A stretch of DNA of 64,000 nucleotides from Gracilinanus agilis. Lineage: Eukaryota. This document shows positions 22,811 through 34,715 of this stretch, in pieces. The notes below the pieces were generated by a model. That model was not told where the DNA came from and did no database searches. It saw nothing but the letters and a program-made list of their open reading frames with translations. Location of the stretch: positions 251,235,442-251,299,441 of the forward strand of contig NC_058133.1 of the NCBI RefSeq assembly GCF_016433145.1, given 5' to 3'. Each line of letters begins with the position of its first letter. Within the stretch, counting starts at the first letter, position 1. The position numbers and the translations under genes are program-made.

Positions 22811-25800
22811 AGATGGGGTCTGCAGAAAGGGTGCATTGCTCAGAGCCAGAGTTTGTAAAACGAGTGGCTGCTCCGTGAACAGAGAGCATGAGGAGGAGAG
22901 AAGGGACCAGGTGCCTGGGAGTGAGAATGGGAGTGGGGGCAGGGGCGCTGAAAGGACCGGGTTTGTGGGTCCATGAGGATGTGAAGTGACGGGGGCAGCA
23001 TGCTTGGCACACTTAAAACGAGTGACAACTCGGAGCCTGGAGCTTGCATTTCAAAGGGACGAAAGGAATGCGAGGGCCTGGACAAATGAGTTGGTTTATG
23101 ACTGAGATGCTGGGACTAGGAGAGAAGCAGCAGGTGGCCTGTTACCCCCAGGGGCAGTGCTTGGAGAGGGAAGCCTAAACCCACTGGGGAGAAACAACCC
23201 CCTCCCTCGTTCTCGTACCAAACAAACAGGAAGTCGTCTATACTGTAGTCCCCCGCCCTGGAAGAGTGCCCTCTACCTGCATCCTAATCTGTGATACCCA
23301 CATATTTTGTCCTCACCCCCCAAGGGTTGCTAGAGGCAGCAGCTTTATGGAGGAAGAGAAGAGTACATATGGGGGACCTGAGGGCTGTTGTTGCAAGCAA
23401 CCCATCCTAATATGCTTCTTTGCCTCTTGTCCCAGCACCATTTGCCGTTAGCATGCCCTCTCCCCACATAATTTTAAGTCAAGGCTCTTTACCATCTCTA
23501 TACCCCAACTTCTGTTTTTTGGACTCCAGCAGAATCTACTTCCTGTTGTGACCCAATGCCCACTCAGGGACCTAGGGCTGAGGGTGGATGTCTCTGCTTC
23601 TGGAAGGGGGGGGGGGGGCAAGAAACATCTAGTAGAAGAGAGGGTATATGCTCTAAAAACCTAGGAGTGGGTACTAATGTGTCATATCTCTTGCAAACTG
23701 TTGTCAAACCTTTTTTGGTAGAAAGTGGGAGCATAGGTTTCTGACCCCCAAGCTGAATGTTTGGGTTAAGAGGAGAAACAGTTCACAAGGGCAGGCTGTG
23801 GGATGTGGGTGGGTTAGGATCCCAAGAAGAAACGGGAAGTGGTTGACTTGAGACTGTCCCCCTTTACTGTTATGTGGCATGGGTTTTTTTGGGGGGTAGA
23901 CTAAGGAGGGGACTGCTGACATGGCACAATTTATCACACATACACAACCCCTTCTTTGAGCCACAGGAAATGGAGAGAATGGCAGGAAATGGGGGGGGGG
24001 GGCACCTGCTCCAACTGGCCCTCCTCTCTGGGCAACTCCCTTGATCTCCCCCAGTCTTCTTCACTACTCTCCACATATGAATTCCTCCCTAGATTGGGGT
24101 AATTAACCACATTCAACAACTCAACTCAATAAATGTTTATTAAGCTCCTTTATGCCATAAAGCATTATGCTCAGAGCTGATAGATACAAAATCACAAACG
24201 AAAAATAGTACCGGCTCTCAAAGTTGGACCCAGAATTCTCTCCTGGGCAAGGGCTTTTGCCCCAGTAACCAGCATCCAGGTAGATACCATCCTGGGGCCT
24301 CTTAAGATGACAGGATCATAAAATTTAGAACTAGAAGAGAAAGGAGAGACTTATACAGACAAGAAAACAAATACAGTAAAATCTGTATATGTAGTAAATG
24401 ACAGACCTAGAATTTAAAGACAAAGCCTTTGACAACAAATAAAAAGTTCCTTTTTAAAAATATTCCACCTGCCTCTGCCTTGGTTTAGGTTGCAGAGTAA
24501 GGGATGGCAGGCAAACAGAAAAATAGAAAAACATAGATACTATCTTGGGTCTTTTGGGAAGTTATCAGAACAGGGTATTTTCTATGGCAATCAGAAGAAA
24601 ATAAATGGTGGTTAAATATATTGAAGTGTTATTCTACTTTTCTAGAAAGGCCAGTGTGGGAGAATGGAGAAAGGATGGGACCTTAGTTGGTTCTCAAAGT
24701 TTTCACTTAATAGACTAGGGAAATTTGACCCTCTGGAAGTCAAGAAAGGAATTTGGGGACTGGAGTTTGGAAAGCTTAGAGTAGTTATCATTCAACATTG
24801 GCCATTTTAGGTTTATTCAAGAGGTATTTATGAAAAACGAGTGTACAAGGGGTAAGTAGGACTTTATCTCATTTCTAGATTGAGCAGATCCCTTGGCAGT
24901 TGCTATGAAAAAAACAATTTCTAAATATTGCTATGTTGAGGCCCCAAAGACTTTCTATCCTCCATCCAAAGGTGAATGTGTACCCTGAATGCCTGCCTTG
25001 GAAAATGGCAATCCCAGGGAGTTGGTGGGGAGGGGGGAGGGGGATGAGAATATGATTGTAAGTGGAAGAGGACCATACCTAGCAAGGTAGTTCAAATGAT
25101 GAAACACACCATGTATCATGTTAGTAAAGTGTTGGACTCAGAATTAGAGAGATCTGTGTTTGCTGCCTTCCATGATATCAATCTGACCCTCAGGCTAAGT
25201 TCCATCTTCCCTCAGCTTTAGTTTTCTTGTCTTTTAGATGGGCTACCATCTCCCATAGTACCTACCTCATAGGGTTGTTGTCACAACAATCTTGATTTCA
25301 GCAACTGCCAAGTTGAGGTATATCAGAGGGATTATCTTCTTTCCCCTCAGGCAGACAGTGGGCCATAGATTGAAATCCCAGATGGTCTCTATTACAGCCT
25401 CTCATTTAGTACCCTTATTTCAGCTTCTGAAAAGGAGAGCAAATACAGTTTGAAGTGGGGGGGGGCGGTAAAGGGGGAAGGAGAGTAGACCTAGATCATG
25501 ACTTCTGAAACCAATAGCTATATTGTTGTCATTTTTTAACTTTTTATCTTCTGTTCTATATGTACCTAAATGAGTTCTAAGACAGAAGAGTGGCAAGGGC
25601 TAGGCTGTCAGGGTTAAGTGACTTGCCCAGGGTCACACAGCTAGGAACCAACAGTTGTACTCTTCATGGAGTCTTTCCTCTCCTGTAAAGGCTAGTATGA
25701 AGACCAAATGAGGATAGGTTAGGGTTAGGGAGAAGTGTCGGGGCCTAGCCATTACTCAGATTACTATATACTTATAGCTGCCGTATTAGAGGAAGAACCC

Positions 25801-28800
25801 TCCCCTCCATTCCCATTCCTTCTCACTTAGGAAAGGACTCATGAGAAACAAATAAGCTAGAAGGGGATATGGTGGGTCTGGATAGTTGCCATAGTAATAA
25901 CCTTCCAAATCCCATAGCCTTTGGTCCAAGGTTGGGGCCCCCTTGGGGGGACTGAGTTTCTTGGGAAGATGAAGAGTATAGAGAATGAAGTTTGGAAGAG
26001 GAGCAGCATCCCAGGGATGGTAAGGGAGTCTCCTTTGGCTTTCTGAATTATGTTCTCTCCTTTGTTTTGGTAGGGTCTTCAAGAAGTCAAGTCCTAACTG
26101 CAAGGTGAGGCCCCCATAGCTCAAACCATCCTGTTCTTTCCCAATCTCCTTTCAGTAGCCTCACCTTCCTACACAGGCTCCCCAACCCCTCCCCACTAGC
26201 TCCCCACTTCCTGTCACATCTAAGAGTTGACTTCCTCCTTTCTTGCCACTATGGCAACATGCATGCCTGTGTATGACCTAGGGAAGCTGAGGGGAGATGT
26301 TAAGAGAGGCAGGTGCCTTGGTCTCTGGGGTCAAGGGGGGAGAAGGGAGAAGCCTTGGGGATACAGGCTATAATCTGTTTACCCTACTCCAGAATCCCAA
26401 GTGGGGAGAGAGGACAGGTCTGGAGGTATTTTGATTTGATACCTTGGAGTTGCATTTCCCTAAGGTCTTCATTCCCAGGGAGGGTCTCATTTGAAGTCAA
26501 GGGTGCTAGGCAGCTGAAGGGGGAGCAGGGAGGAGATTTGGGCCCATCCATAAAAAAGAGGGGTCTGGGGAAGGAGAGATAATTCCTTCTTGGTGCTTGG
26601 TCTGTAAAAGAAGATACTCTGGGCTTGAGGGCTTCCATTCTGACTTGATCTTAATCCCCAGCTTCTTTCCCCTTTTGCCTCCTGGCCAGCTAACAGTGTA
26701 CTTGGGCAAGAGGGACTTTGTGGATCACCTGGATCGAGTGGATCCTGTGGGTGAGTGGAAGGGCAAAAGCCCTGACTGGCCCTGGACACAGAGAAAGAGA
26801 GAACTGCCCTAAGAGGGTTTAAGCCAACATATTACTTTCCTCTATGACATCTATAGGTACCAAGATAAGGTCTAGGCTTTATGGAGGACCAGGCAGGGTC
26901 TGAGGTTATACTATGGATCTGCTTTACAGATGGAGTGGTGCTAGTGGACCCAGACTATCTGAAGGACCGAAAAGGTGAGGAGCCTCAGGGACTGGGGGCT
27001 TTAACTAGAGTTGAGGAGGTTGAGGGGGAGAGGACTTCTTAATAGAATTAGTGATGAATTACACATGGGAAGGGTATGGGGTTTTTAGAGTATTTAACAG
27101 AAGAAAGAAATGAAACCAGAGGCCATATAATATCAAATGTCATCTATTGCCAGAAGGTCTTGCTAATTAAGAGAATCCAAGGTAGGCTCTTTGGGGAAAA
27201 GGAGAATTTCTTCCTGACATCTTTTTCTCCTCCTCTTCCTCCCCATCCATCTGTAGTATACGTGACACTGACTTGTGCCTTCCGATATGGTCGTGAGGAC
27301 CTGGACGTTTTGGGCCTGTCATTCCGAAAGGACCTGTTTGCAGCCACATACCAAGCTTTTCCCCCCATTCCTGACCCTCCCCAACCTACTACTCGACTTC
27401 AGGAAAGACTGCTGAGGAAGTTGGGCCAGCACGCTCACCCCTTCTCCTTCACAGTGAGGATTTTTTTCATCTCTCTACTTTCAACACTTTGCCTGTCGGG
27501 ATCAGCTGATTTTCTCTCTATGAAAGTCCCTTAGGCCTTCATCCTCCGGTATGGGGCCTGCTATATGCGTGTTTGGGAAGACTAGAATACCTCATTGTTA
27601 GTAGACTAGGGACCTAAGCATAATAGAGATCTCTCAGGATAAGTAGGAATAATAGGATTGATGCCCAAGGCATGTCTGAGCTAGTACTCTCCTGGCCAGC
27701 TTTCAGAAAGCCCCCATAGACAGTTTTCTCTCAACTTAATTACTCCATCTAGAATGGCAGCTTGATAGAGTGGATAGTAAGCTGGCCTTGGAGTCAGGAA
27801 GATCAGGAGACCTGTGTTCAAGTCCTGCCTCTTCATTCAAATTGGTTTTCTGATGCCAGATGAGTCACTCTCTATCCCTTAAACAACTCTCAAAGAGTAT
27901 AGGATGCAGAACAGATGTTAGTCCACATTAAGAGAGATGGTTTCCATGGGGAAACATAGTAGCATTGTGGATAGAGCACTAGGCCTGAAGACAGGAAGTC
28001 CTGGGTTCAAATCTGTTCTGAGATGTTTCCCAGCCATGTGAACTCTGGGAAAGTCACTTAATTCAGATCCCTATGTTCCTCTGTCTTAGAATTGATACTA
28101 AGACAGAAGGGAAGGGTTTTTTAAAAAATTGATTTTCTTGCCAGAAGAACTATGAAGTTACAAGTCCAGTCCTAATTCCTACATCCAGATGGAGTTCTCC
28201 CCACCTTTTCTTGTGCCGTTATCATATTTTTTGTGTTTTTTTATTCAGAGAGGAGGTTGTAATCTCAGACACTTGGGGAAGGATTTTTTCTTGGGGAATA
28301 GGGATGGGGGGGTGTCAGAGGAAACTTTCCACCTTTTCCTCACTCTCAGATTCCACAGAACCTGCCCTGTTCTGTTACACTGCAACCTGGACCTGAGGAC
28401 ACAGGGAAGGTAATGGGAGCTTGTGGGGGCATGGAGGTGGGCAAGGTAGAAGGACACTGAGCTAGACCTGAAAGGCAGTGTTAGGAAATGGACCATAAGA
28501 GGAAGTGGGAGATGTTTTTAAAGAAAATGGACTGGGAAAGAAGATAATTATGCCTATTGATTGGTGATAAATGGCTGGATGCCAGGGGTTAGGGAAGGTG
28601 GGGTATTGAGGTTGAGAAAGAGGGCTAAATTATGATTTGGGGGGCGGGGTCAGGTAGGAAAGATGCTGATAGGTAACATCCTTGGGCTAAGGGTTAGGAT
28701 GGTGGTGGGGCCCCTGGTTGAGACTGACTTTAACTTCTTCCCTCTTCCCATTGAGGCCTGTGGGGTAGACTTTGAGATTCGAGCCTTCTGTGCCAAAGCA

Positions 28801-31800
28801 TTGGAAGAGAAAATCCACAAGAGGTGAGGGGACCAATACCCACCCACCTTCCATCATTCCCCAATTACTCTTACTATTCTTGGAACTGTCTTGGGTCTAT
28901 TGAGTGTCTTCCTTCTGTTGGTTATTTCTAGTTTACATTGTTTATATATAATTTTTTGCTTTTCTTCTCCATTTGTAGATTATGAGCTCCTTGAGAACAG
29001 GGATGGTCTTTTTCCTTTCTTTGTATTACCAGCACTTAGCAAGTGTTTGGCACACAGTGGGTGTTTAATATATGTTTGTTGACTGACTTACTGGTTAGGC
29101 TGGGGAAAGATAGCATCTTGGAAAGTTAGGGGAATTCATGGACCTTGTGCTATATATAACACTAACAGCACCTCCTATCTTACCTCCTGATTTCCTGGTC
29201 TAGGAATTCAGTTCGGCTGGTAATTAGGAAGGTACAGTTTGCCCCAGAGAAACCAGGTCCTCAGCCTACTGCTGAAACTGCCCGACACTTCCTCATGTCT
29301 GACCGATCCCTGCACCTTGAGGCCTCATTGGACAAAGAGGTAAGAAGGAGAGAGGAGATCCTTCATCAAAATAAGGGACCTAATACTACCAACAGGAAAC
29401 TTTTAGGGGCAGGAGGGCAAATGACAGGATGGAAAAGACTTTTAGGTATCTTGGAGCAGCTAGGTAGCTTAGTGACTAGATCACCCATGGAGTTGAGAAG
29501 ACCTGGGTTCAAATCTAGCCTCAAACACTTCCCAGCTATGTGAGCCTGAGTAAGTCACTTAATCCAATTGCCTAGCTCTTGCTGCTCTTTGAAAGTAAGG
29601 GTTTAAAAATATATATATAAAGCATTTAGCACAGTGTCTGGTACATAGTCAGTGCTGTATAAAAGCTAGCCATTATAATTCCAACTGGACAACCCTTGGA
29701 TTGAAGGCCTGCCACAGTAGAGCTGGACTATTGAAGGAACACGGTATGATGTACTTAAACTAAGAACATATGGAGAGGGTCTTCTTCTATATCTTTGGAG
29801 GAGAAAGTTGTTCATTTTTAAGAAAATAACAAGTATGGTGTTAAACAATGATTTGGAGAGTTTAGCAGGTGATGAGACAAACTAATGAGTTTCTCTCCCC
29901 TTCCTGTCTCCCAGCTATATTACCATGGGGAGCCACTTAGTGTTAATGTCCATGTCACCAACAACTCCACCAAGACTGTCAAGAAGATCAAAGTCTCTGG
30001 TATGAAGTGATGAATAAGGGCTATAGAACGGGGTTTGTGGGGGACTGGGATGGAAGGGCAGTGACTGTGGAAGATATTTGAAGGGAGCCCTAATAAAGGA
30101 GGTGAAGAAGACCTTGACTGGGACAGACTAGGAAATGTTGAGGCTATAAGTCATGGTGGGGATGGACCAAAATATGGAATGCAGGAACATTAAACAGGAA
30201 CAGATTGGACTGAGGGTGATGAATCAGAGAAGCAAGAAAATTGGAAGGCATGGATAAAGGACCCATCTGAATGAAAAGAGGTGGAGGGAGGGTTGTGAGG
30301 GGGGGGCGGTGTTTACAAGCTGATATCCCATCTTTTGAGGGTGCTATGATCTTACTACTTTTCTACATTCCTATTCTTTGCCTGCTGCTTTCTGCTGGTG
30401 ATTTCACCTTTTCTCCACTCCAGTGAGACAATATGCTGATATCTGCCTCTTCAGTACTGCCCAATATAAATGTCCAGTGGCTCAGATAGAACAAGAGTGA
30501 GTAATGGAGCCCTCCCCAGTGGCCCTGTTCTTTTGGGGAAAGAAAGGATAGCAAAGACCAAGAAAGAGTTTTCCAGACTGGGTGGGACAGATGAGGAGGG
30601 ACTAGTTTATACCAAGAAAGAATCAAGAAACAATATAATCTCAAGTCTTCCATCTAGCCTCTAATTTGAATACTTTCGGTGATAGGAAGCTCATGAGGTA
30701 ACTATTCTAATTGCTAGAAGGTTCTTCCTTAGAGCTAATATCTGCTTCCCTTATAACTACTACCCATTAAAGAGTGGCAACCAGTGTCAAATAAATTTTA
30801 GTGGCAGTTTGGGGACTCTGAGAACTGGAGGCTGTACTCTGCCTCCCTCCACGCCAACATCTCTTACTAAATAACCACCCCTTCTCTTTTCAGTGACCAG
30901 GTGTCTCCCAGTTCCACATTCTGTAAAGTGTATAATCTAACCCCACTGCTCAGTGAAAATAGGGAGAAACGAGGACTTGCCTTGGATGGGAAGCTCAAAC
31001 ATGAAGATACCAATCTGGCCTCCAGTACTATGCAAGTGGACAAGGGGAATCCTGTTTGTGTCATGCCTGTTACATATGCTTACTTGGTTCATATCTCATT
31101 TTTCTTGCCTTCAGCCTGCTTTGGAACAGAGCTGAGGCTACATTTCCTATTGGCTTCTTGATAGAAACTGCTATGATTCAGTGAAGTTTCTTGGAGGGAG
31201 AGTTTGAATATCTAGGTTCTGATTCAAGCTTTGACAATTTGAGGAAGCAATTTCATAAGTCATAATTTATAGCTGGAAGGGATCTTTAGAGAGAAATTGC
31301 TACACCTAGAGAAGTGAAGCCATTTGCCCAAAGTTGTAGAGGAATAAGTCACAGAACCAGAATTGATACCCATACACATATAATTCCTCTTTGACTCCTT
31401 ATTTTCTTGGCCTCAGTTCTCTGCCCTGTCACATTAAGTGGTTAGACTAAATGGAAGTCAGTCCCTTCCATCTCCAAGTATTATATGTGGTTATCTTAAA
31501 GACTTCAAGGTCAACTAATACAACTTTTAGTCTGCATTAGGCATCTGTCCCCCAAAGCTGAGGGTCTAGAGTTGGAGTGTGGCAGGGGGCAGTCCACCAG
31601 GTTGCTATTTATCTGTGCTCCCAGACTGAACATCTTTCTCCTTATAGAGTAAAGGAAGGCGCCAACAAAGAGGTACTGGGCATCCTTGTCTCTTATAGAG
31701 TCAAAGTGAAGTTGGTTGTGTCTCGGGGAGGGTGAGTGCCAATCTCCTTTTTATCTTTCCCATTTTCTCTAGCTGCCTGTCTTTTTCCTTCATACTGTTT

Positions 31801-32512
31801 TTCTCTCTAGGGATGTTTCCGTGGAGCTCCCCTTTGTCCTAATGCACCCCAAACCTCATGACCACACCACTCACTCCAAACCTCAGTCAGGTGAGTCTCC
31901 TCCCCACCTCCTAAGCTATTTCCAGAGATCCATTATAGGAACAGACTAGGGATGGGCTATAAAGAGGACTTTGTTTTTCTTAGACCCACCAACTATTTAT
32001 TCCCTTCCTTTCCTTTTAGCTGTTCCTGAGATAAATGATCCAGTGGATACCAATCTCATCGAATTTGAGACCAAGTAAGGAAGACCTCTGCTTTTACCCC
32101 TCCTCCCCCTACATTCATGGAAAAGGAAGAAGACTCCTTTTTGCTTTAAGTCTTCCTCCTCTATCCTACTACAGCCTCAGTTCCCTGCCCTCACTATTAA
32201 TGGGTGGGGGTAAAGAGAAAAGAAGATGCTGAGGGATGAGGCCTCAACAATACCTGGCTTAGTGAAGAGGCTTCCCAGCAGCTCAGTCCCACCATCACTG
32301 CTAAATCTTCATGTTGTCTGTGATGCCAGCAGCACTCTTGCTTCTCTCTCTCTTTTGGTTGGAGAGGTGGGGAAACCTGGAGCTGCTGTCTCATGCCCTC
32401 CCTCACTTCCTTCCCCAGCTATGGCACAGATGATGACATTGTGTTTGAGGACTTCGCCAGGCTTCGGCTCAAAGGAATGAAGGATGAAGACTATGATGAC
32501 CAATTCTGCTAG
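22781..32512 (+). CDS. ARRB2: Beta-arrestin-2, 409 aa: exons 22781-22803, 26074-26104, 26690-26750, 26930-26974, 27257-27453, 28350-28409, 28756-28823, 29204-29339, 29915-29999, 30424-30496, 30894-31031, 31648-31731, 31811-31890, 32020-32074, 32419-32512
   Basis: The exons sum to 1230 bp (409 aa plus stop). Translation runs [33 protein letters not shown]...[18 protein letters not shown]...[16 protein letters not shown]...[37 protein letters not shown], with clathrin-box and AP2-binding motifs present. Strong Kozak context GCACCATGG. Intron 11 is GC-AG. Confidence 0.98.
27950..28125 (+). mobile_element. SINE (SINE1/CORE family) in ARRB2 intron 5
   Basis: GTGGATAGAGCACTAGGCC...GGGTTCAAATCTG...GACAGAAGGGAAGGGTTTT. 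Confidence 0.7.
29455..29610 (+). mobile_element. SINE1-type SINE in ARRB2 intron 8
   Basis: GAGCAGCTAGGTAGCTTAGTG...GGGTTCAAATCTAGCCTC...AGTAAGGGTTTAAAA. Confidence 0.75.
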
Positions 32513-32913
32513 GGGGGAAGAGTGGAAAAGGAGAGAAGAGATGCTGGGGGAGATAAGAGCAGGACCAAGCTCCCTATTCTAATTGGGGTTCCATATGTCC
32601 CTCCTAGGCTTAAAAGCACTGTACACAATTTTTGATTGAAGCTGGGCATTAATTTTAAGTTGCAATTGCCCCCCCCCCCCAAGCAGCAGACTATGTTTAT
32701 ACCTGAATTACTTGGGGTTTTGGTTTTTTGGGGTTTTTTTGGAGGAGGGGATGGTGAGTTATTGGGAAGAGAGAGAACCCTCACCCCACACAAGTATACC
32801 TGTCATTGCCTCTACAGAATCCCCCTGGGAGGTGGGGGAGTTGCTATGGATCTAAGCAAAAAGAATAATTTTTTTAAGCTGAAAGTGTATGTGTTTTCTC
32901 TGACCTCGGGCTT

Positions 32914-32919
32914 AATAAA
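32914..32919 (+). terminator. Likely ARRB2 polyadenylation signal
   Basis: AATAAA about 400 bp after the stop codon. Confidence 0.6.
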
Positions 32920-33659
32920 AAATTATGGGATGGAGAGGAGGTAGCAGTAATATCTTATTTTTAGTCTCGAGAAGATCAAATTATCAGAATTTAAAATTAC
33001 AAGAGCTCTAAAATAGGGAGGAGACATAAAGGAGGTTCAGACAGTTGAAACCCCAAGGTCACACAGGCAAACAAGTAGCAGATTCAGTTCTGAATCAGGG
33101 CAGTCCAACATGGGGTATGTTCATCAATACTTAAGCATTCAGCTTACCAAGTTAGAAACTCAATTCCATCACTTCACTTAGAAGGATACAGATTTATAGA
33201 CCTAGAATTTACTTATTTACATCTAGAAATTCAACTGCTATCTAGGCAAGGAATAGTGTCTAAGGTCTTCTCTACCTTGTGGGTTCTCTGGCTAGCACAC
33301 TGGAAGAATCCCTGTTCTTGGCATGTCCTCATGACATTCTAACAGCTCTGTTTACTTTTTCTACTTTCTGTTCTGGAAAGAATTAATGTCTTACCACTGG
33401 CTTCCAGGTAAGCAAAAAGACAATGTATGTCCAGGAGCAGACCTGTGTTACTCAGTGATGACAAATGTTTTGAAAAGGGGAAATATGGAACTATGTATGT
33501 AAGCCACACATCCTGAGAACCTATGGCTTGTTTAAAAGAAGTCCAACCCCTCTCATTTTTTAGATAAAGGAAGGGGTATCAGAGAAGAACATGGAGGTAA
33601 GTGAGTGGCTAGGCCAGATCTCGGTTTAGCCCTCAAGAATTGATAGCTAACACTTATCT

Positions 33660-33888
33660 GGGCAGCTAGGTGGCACAGTGGATAGTGAAGACCTGGAATC
33701 AAAGACCCAGTTCAAATCTAGCCTCAGATACTTCCTGAGGCCTCGGGTAAGTCATTTATTTATCTGCCTCGGGTTCCTCAACTATAAAATGAGTCAGATA
33801 AGGAAATGGCCAACCACTCCAGCATCTTCGCTATAGAAAATACCAAATGGTCTCAGGAAGAGTCTTGATATGACTGAATAACAACAAA
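33660..33888 (+). mobile_element. MAR1/RTE-tailed SINE
   Basis: GGGCAGCTAGGTGGCACAGTGGATAG...GGAAATGGCCAACCACTCCAGCATCTT...GACTGAATAACAACAAA. Confidence 0.8.
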
Positions 33889-34379
33889 TATGTTGATTTC
33901 TGTGTGCTAAGCACTTTACAATTATTAATCTCATTTGATCCTCACAACAACCCTGGAAGGTGGGTGCTATTGTATGTGACAGAAGAGAAATTTGAGGCAA
34001 GCAGAAGTTAAAAGACCCAAAGTCGCATGGCTTGGAAGAGTCTGAAGATGGATTTAAACTCAAGTCTCCCAGATTCCGGACCCAGTGGTCTATCCACTGC
34101 ACCACCTAGCAACCCAAAATTTAATCCCACCTATTATTTCCTAGGGATGCCAAGAGCCTGAAGATCTCTCCAAACCGCCCACTGACAACGTTTAGCCCCA
34201 TTCTGAACAAGCAGAAACCCAACAAACGATTACCGAGGATGAAAACCAGCCAGAAACCCAGGGTGTGGCTCAGTTTATGAAAACGTTCCTATCGAAAGGC
34301 AGATTTAATTAATCTAGGAAGATACACAATTAGTCCCTACCTTACATTAGTACAATACTCTCAGCCTCGTGCAACCCTA

Positions 34380-34715
34380 AGCAACGTGGGAGCTGTAGTC
34401 CACAGAAAAAGAACTGTCAAGCTGCGCGGGGCTTCCTGGGAGCTGTAGTCTATCAAGGAGTAGGCGTGGGGGCGTGGGGGGACGAGCAGGCGAGGAATTG
34501 AGAGGGCGATATCAGGCTGCGCGGGGCTTTCTGGGAGCTGTAGTCTACCGAGAGCTGGCTGGAAGATATCCGGCTGCGCGAGGTTTCCTGGGAGTTGGAG
34601 TGCTTCTACGGCAGGGTATTTCAGCCTCTATCGGGCCGACTTCAGAAAGGCTTGCAGGTTTCACAACCTGGCCGTCGGCTTGGAAAGAATCGAAGCAAGG
34701 ATTCCCATCACGTTC
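34380..34715 (+). promoter_or_regulatory. MED11 CpG promoter with repeated ZNF143/SBS-type motifs
   Basis: GGGAGCTGTAGTC at 34388, and the cassette GCTGCGCGGGGCTTYCTGGGAGCTGTAGTC at about 34421 and 34516, with a degenerate copy at about 34573. Confidence 0.75.

Noticed and set aside
22296-23012. 238-aa minus-strand ORF across the ARRB2 promoter
   Set aside because: Low-complexity P/S-rich translation of a GC island with no recognisable domain.
27076-27534. 152-aa ORF suggesting an extended ARRB2 exon 5
   Set aside because: Read-through of the flanking introns. The 3' extension hits a stop at 27534 with no good in-frame donor, so a human-like extended isoform is not supported here.
34385-34605. 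CRISPR-like appearance of spaced ~30-bp repeats
   Set aside because: Vertebrate promoter context, irregular spacing, only three copies, and better explained as ZNF143-type sites.
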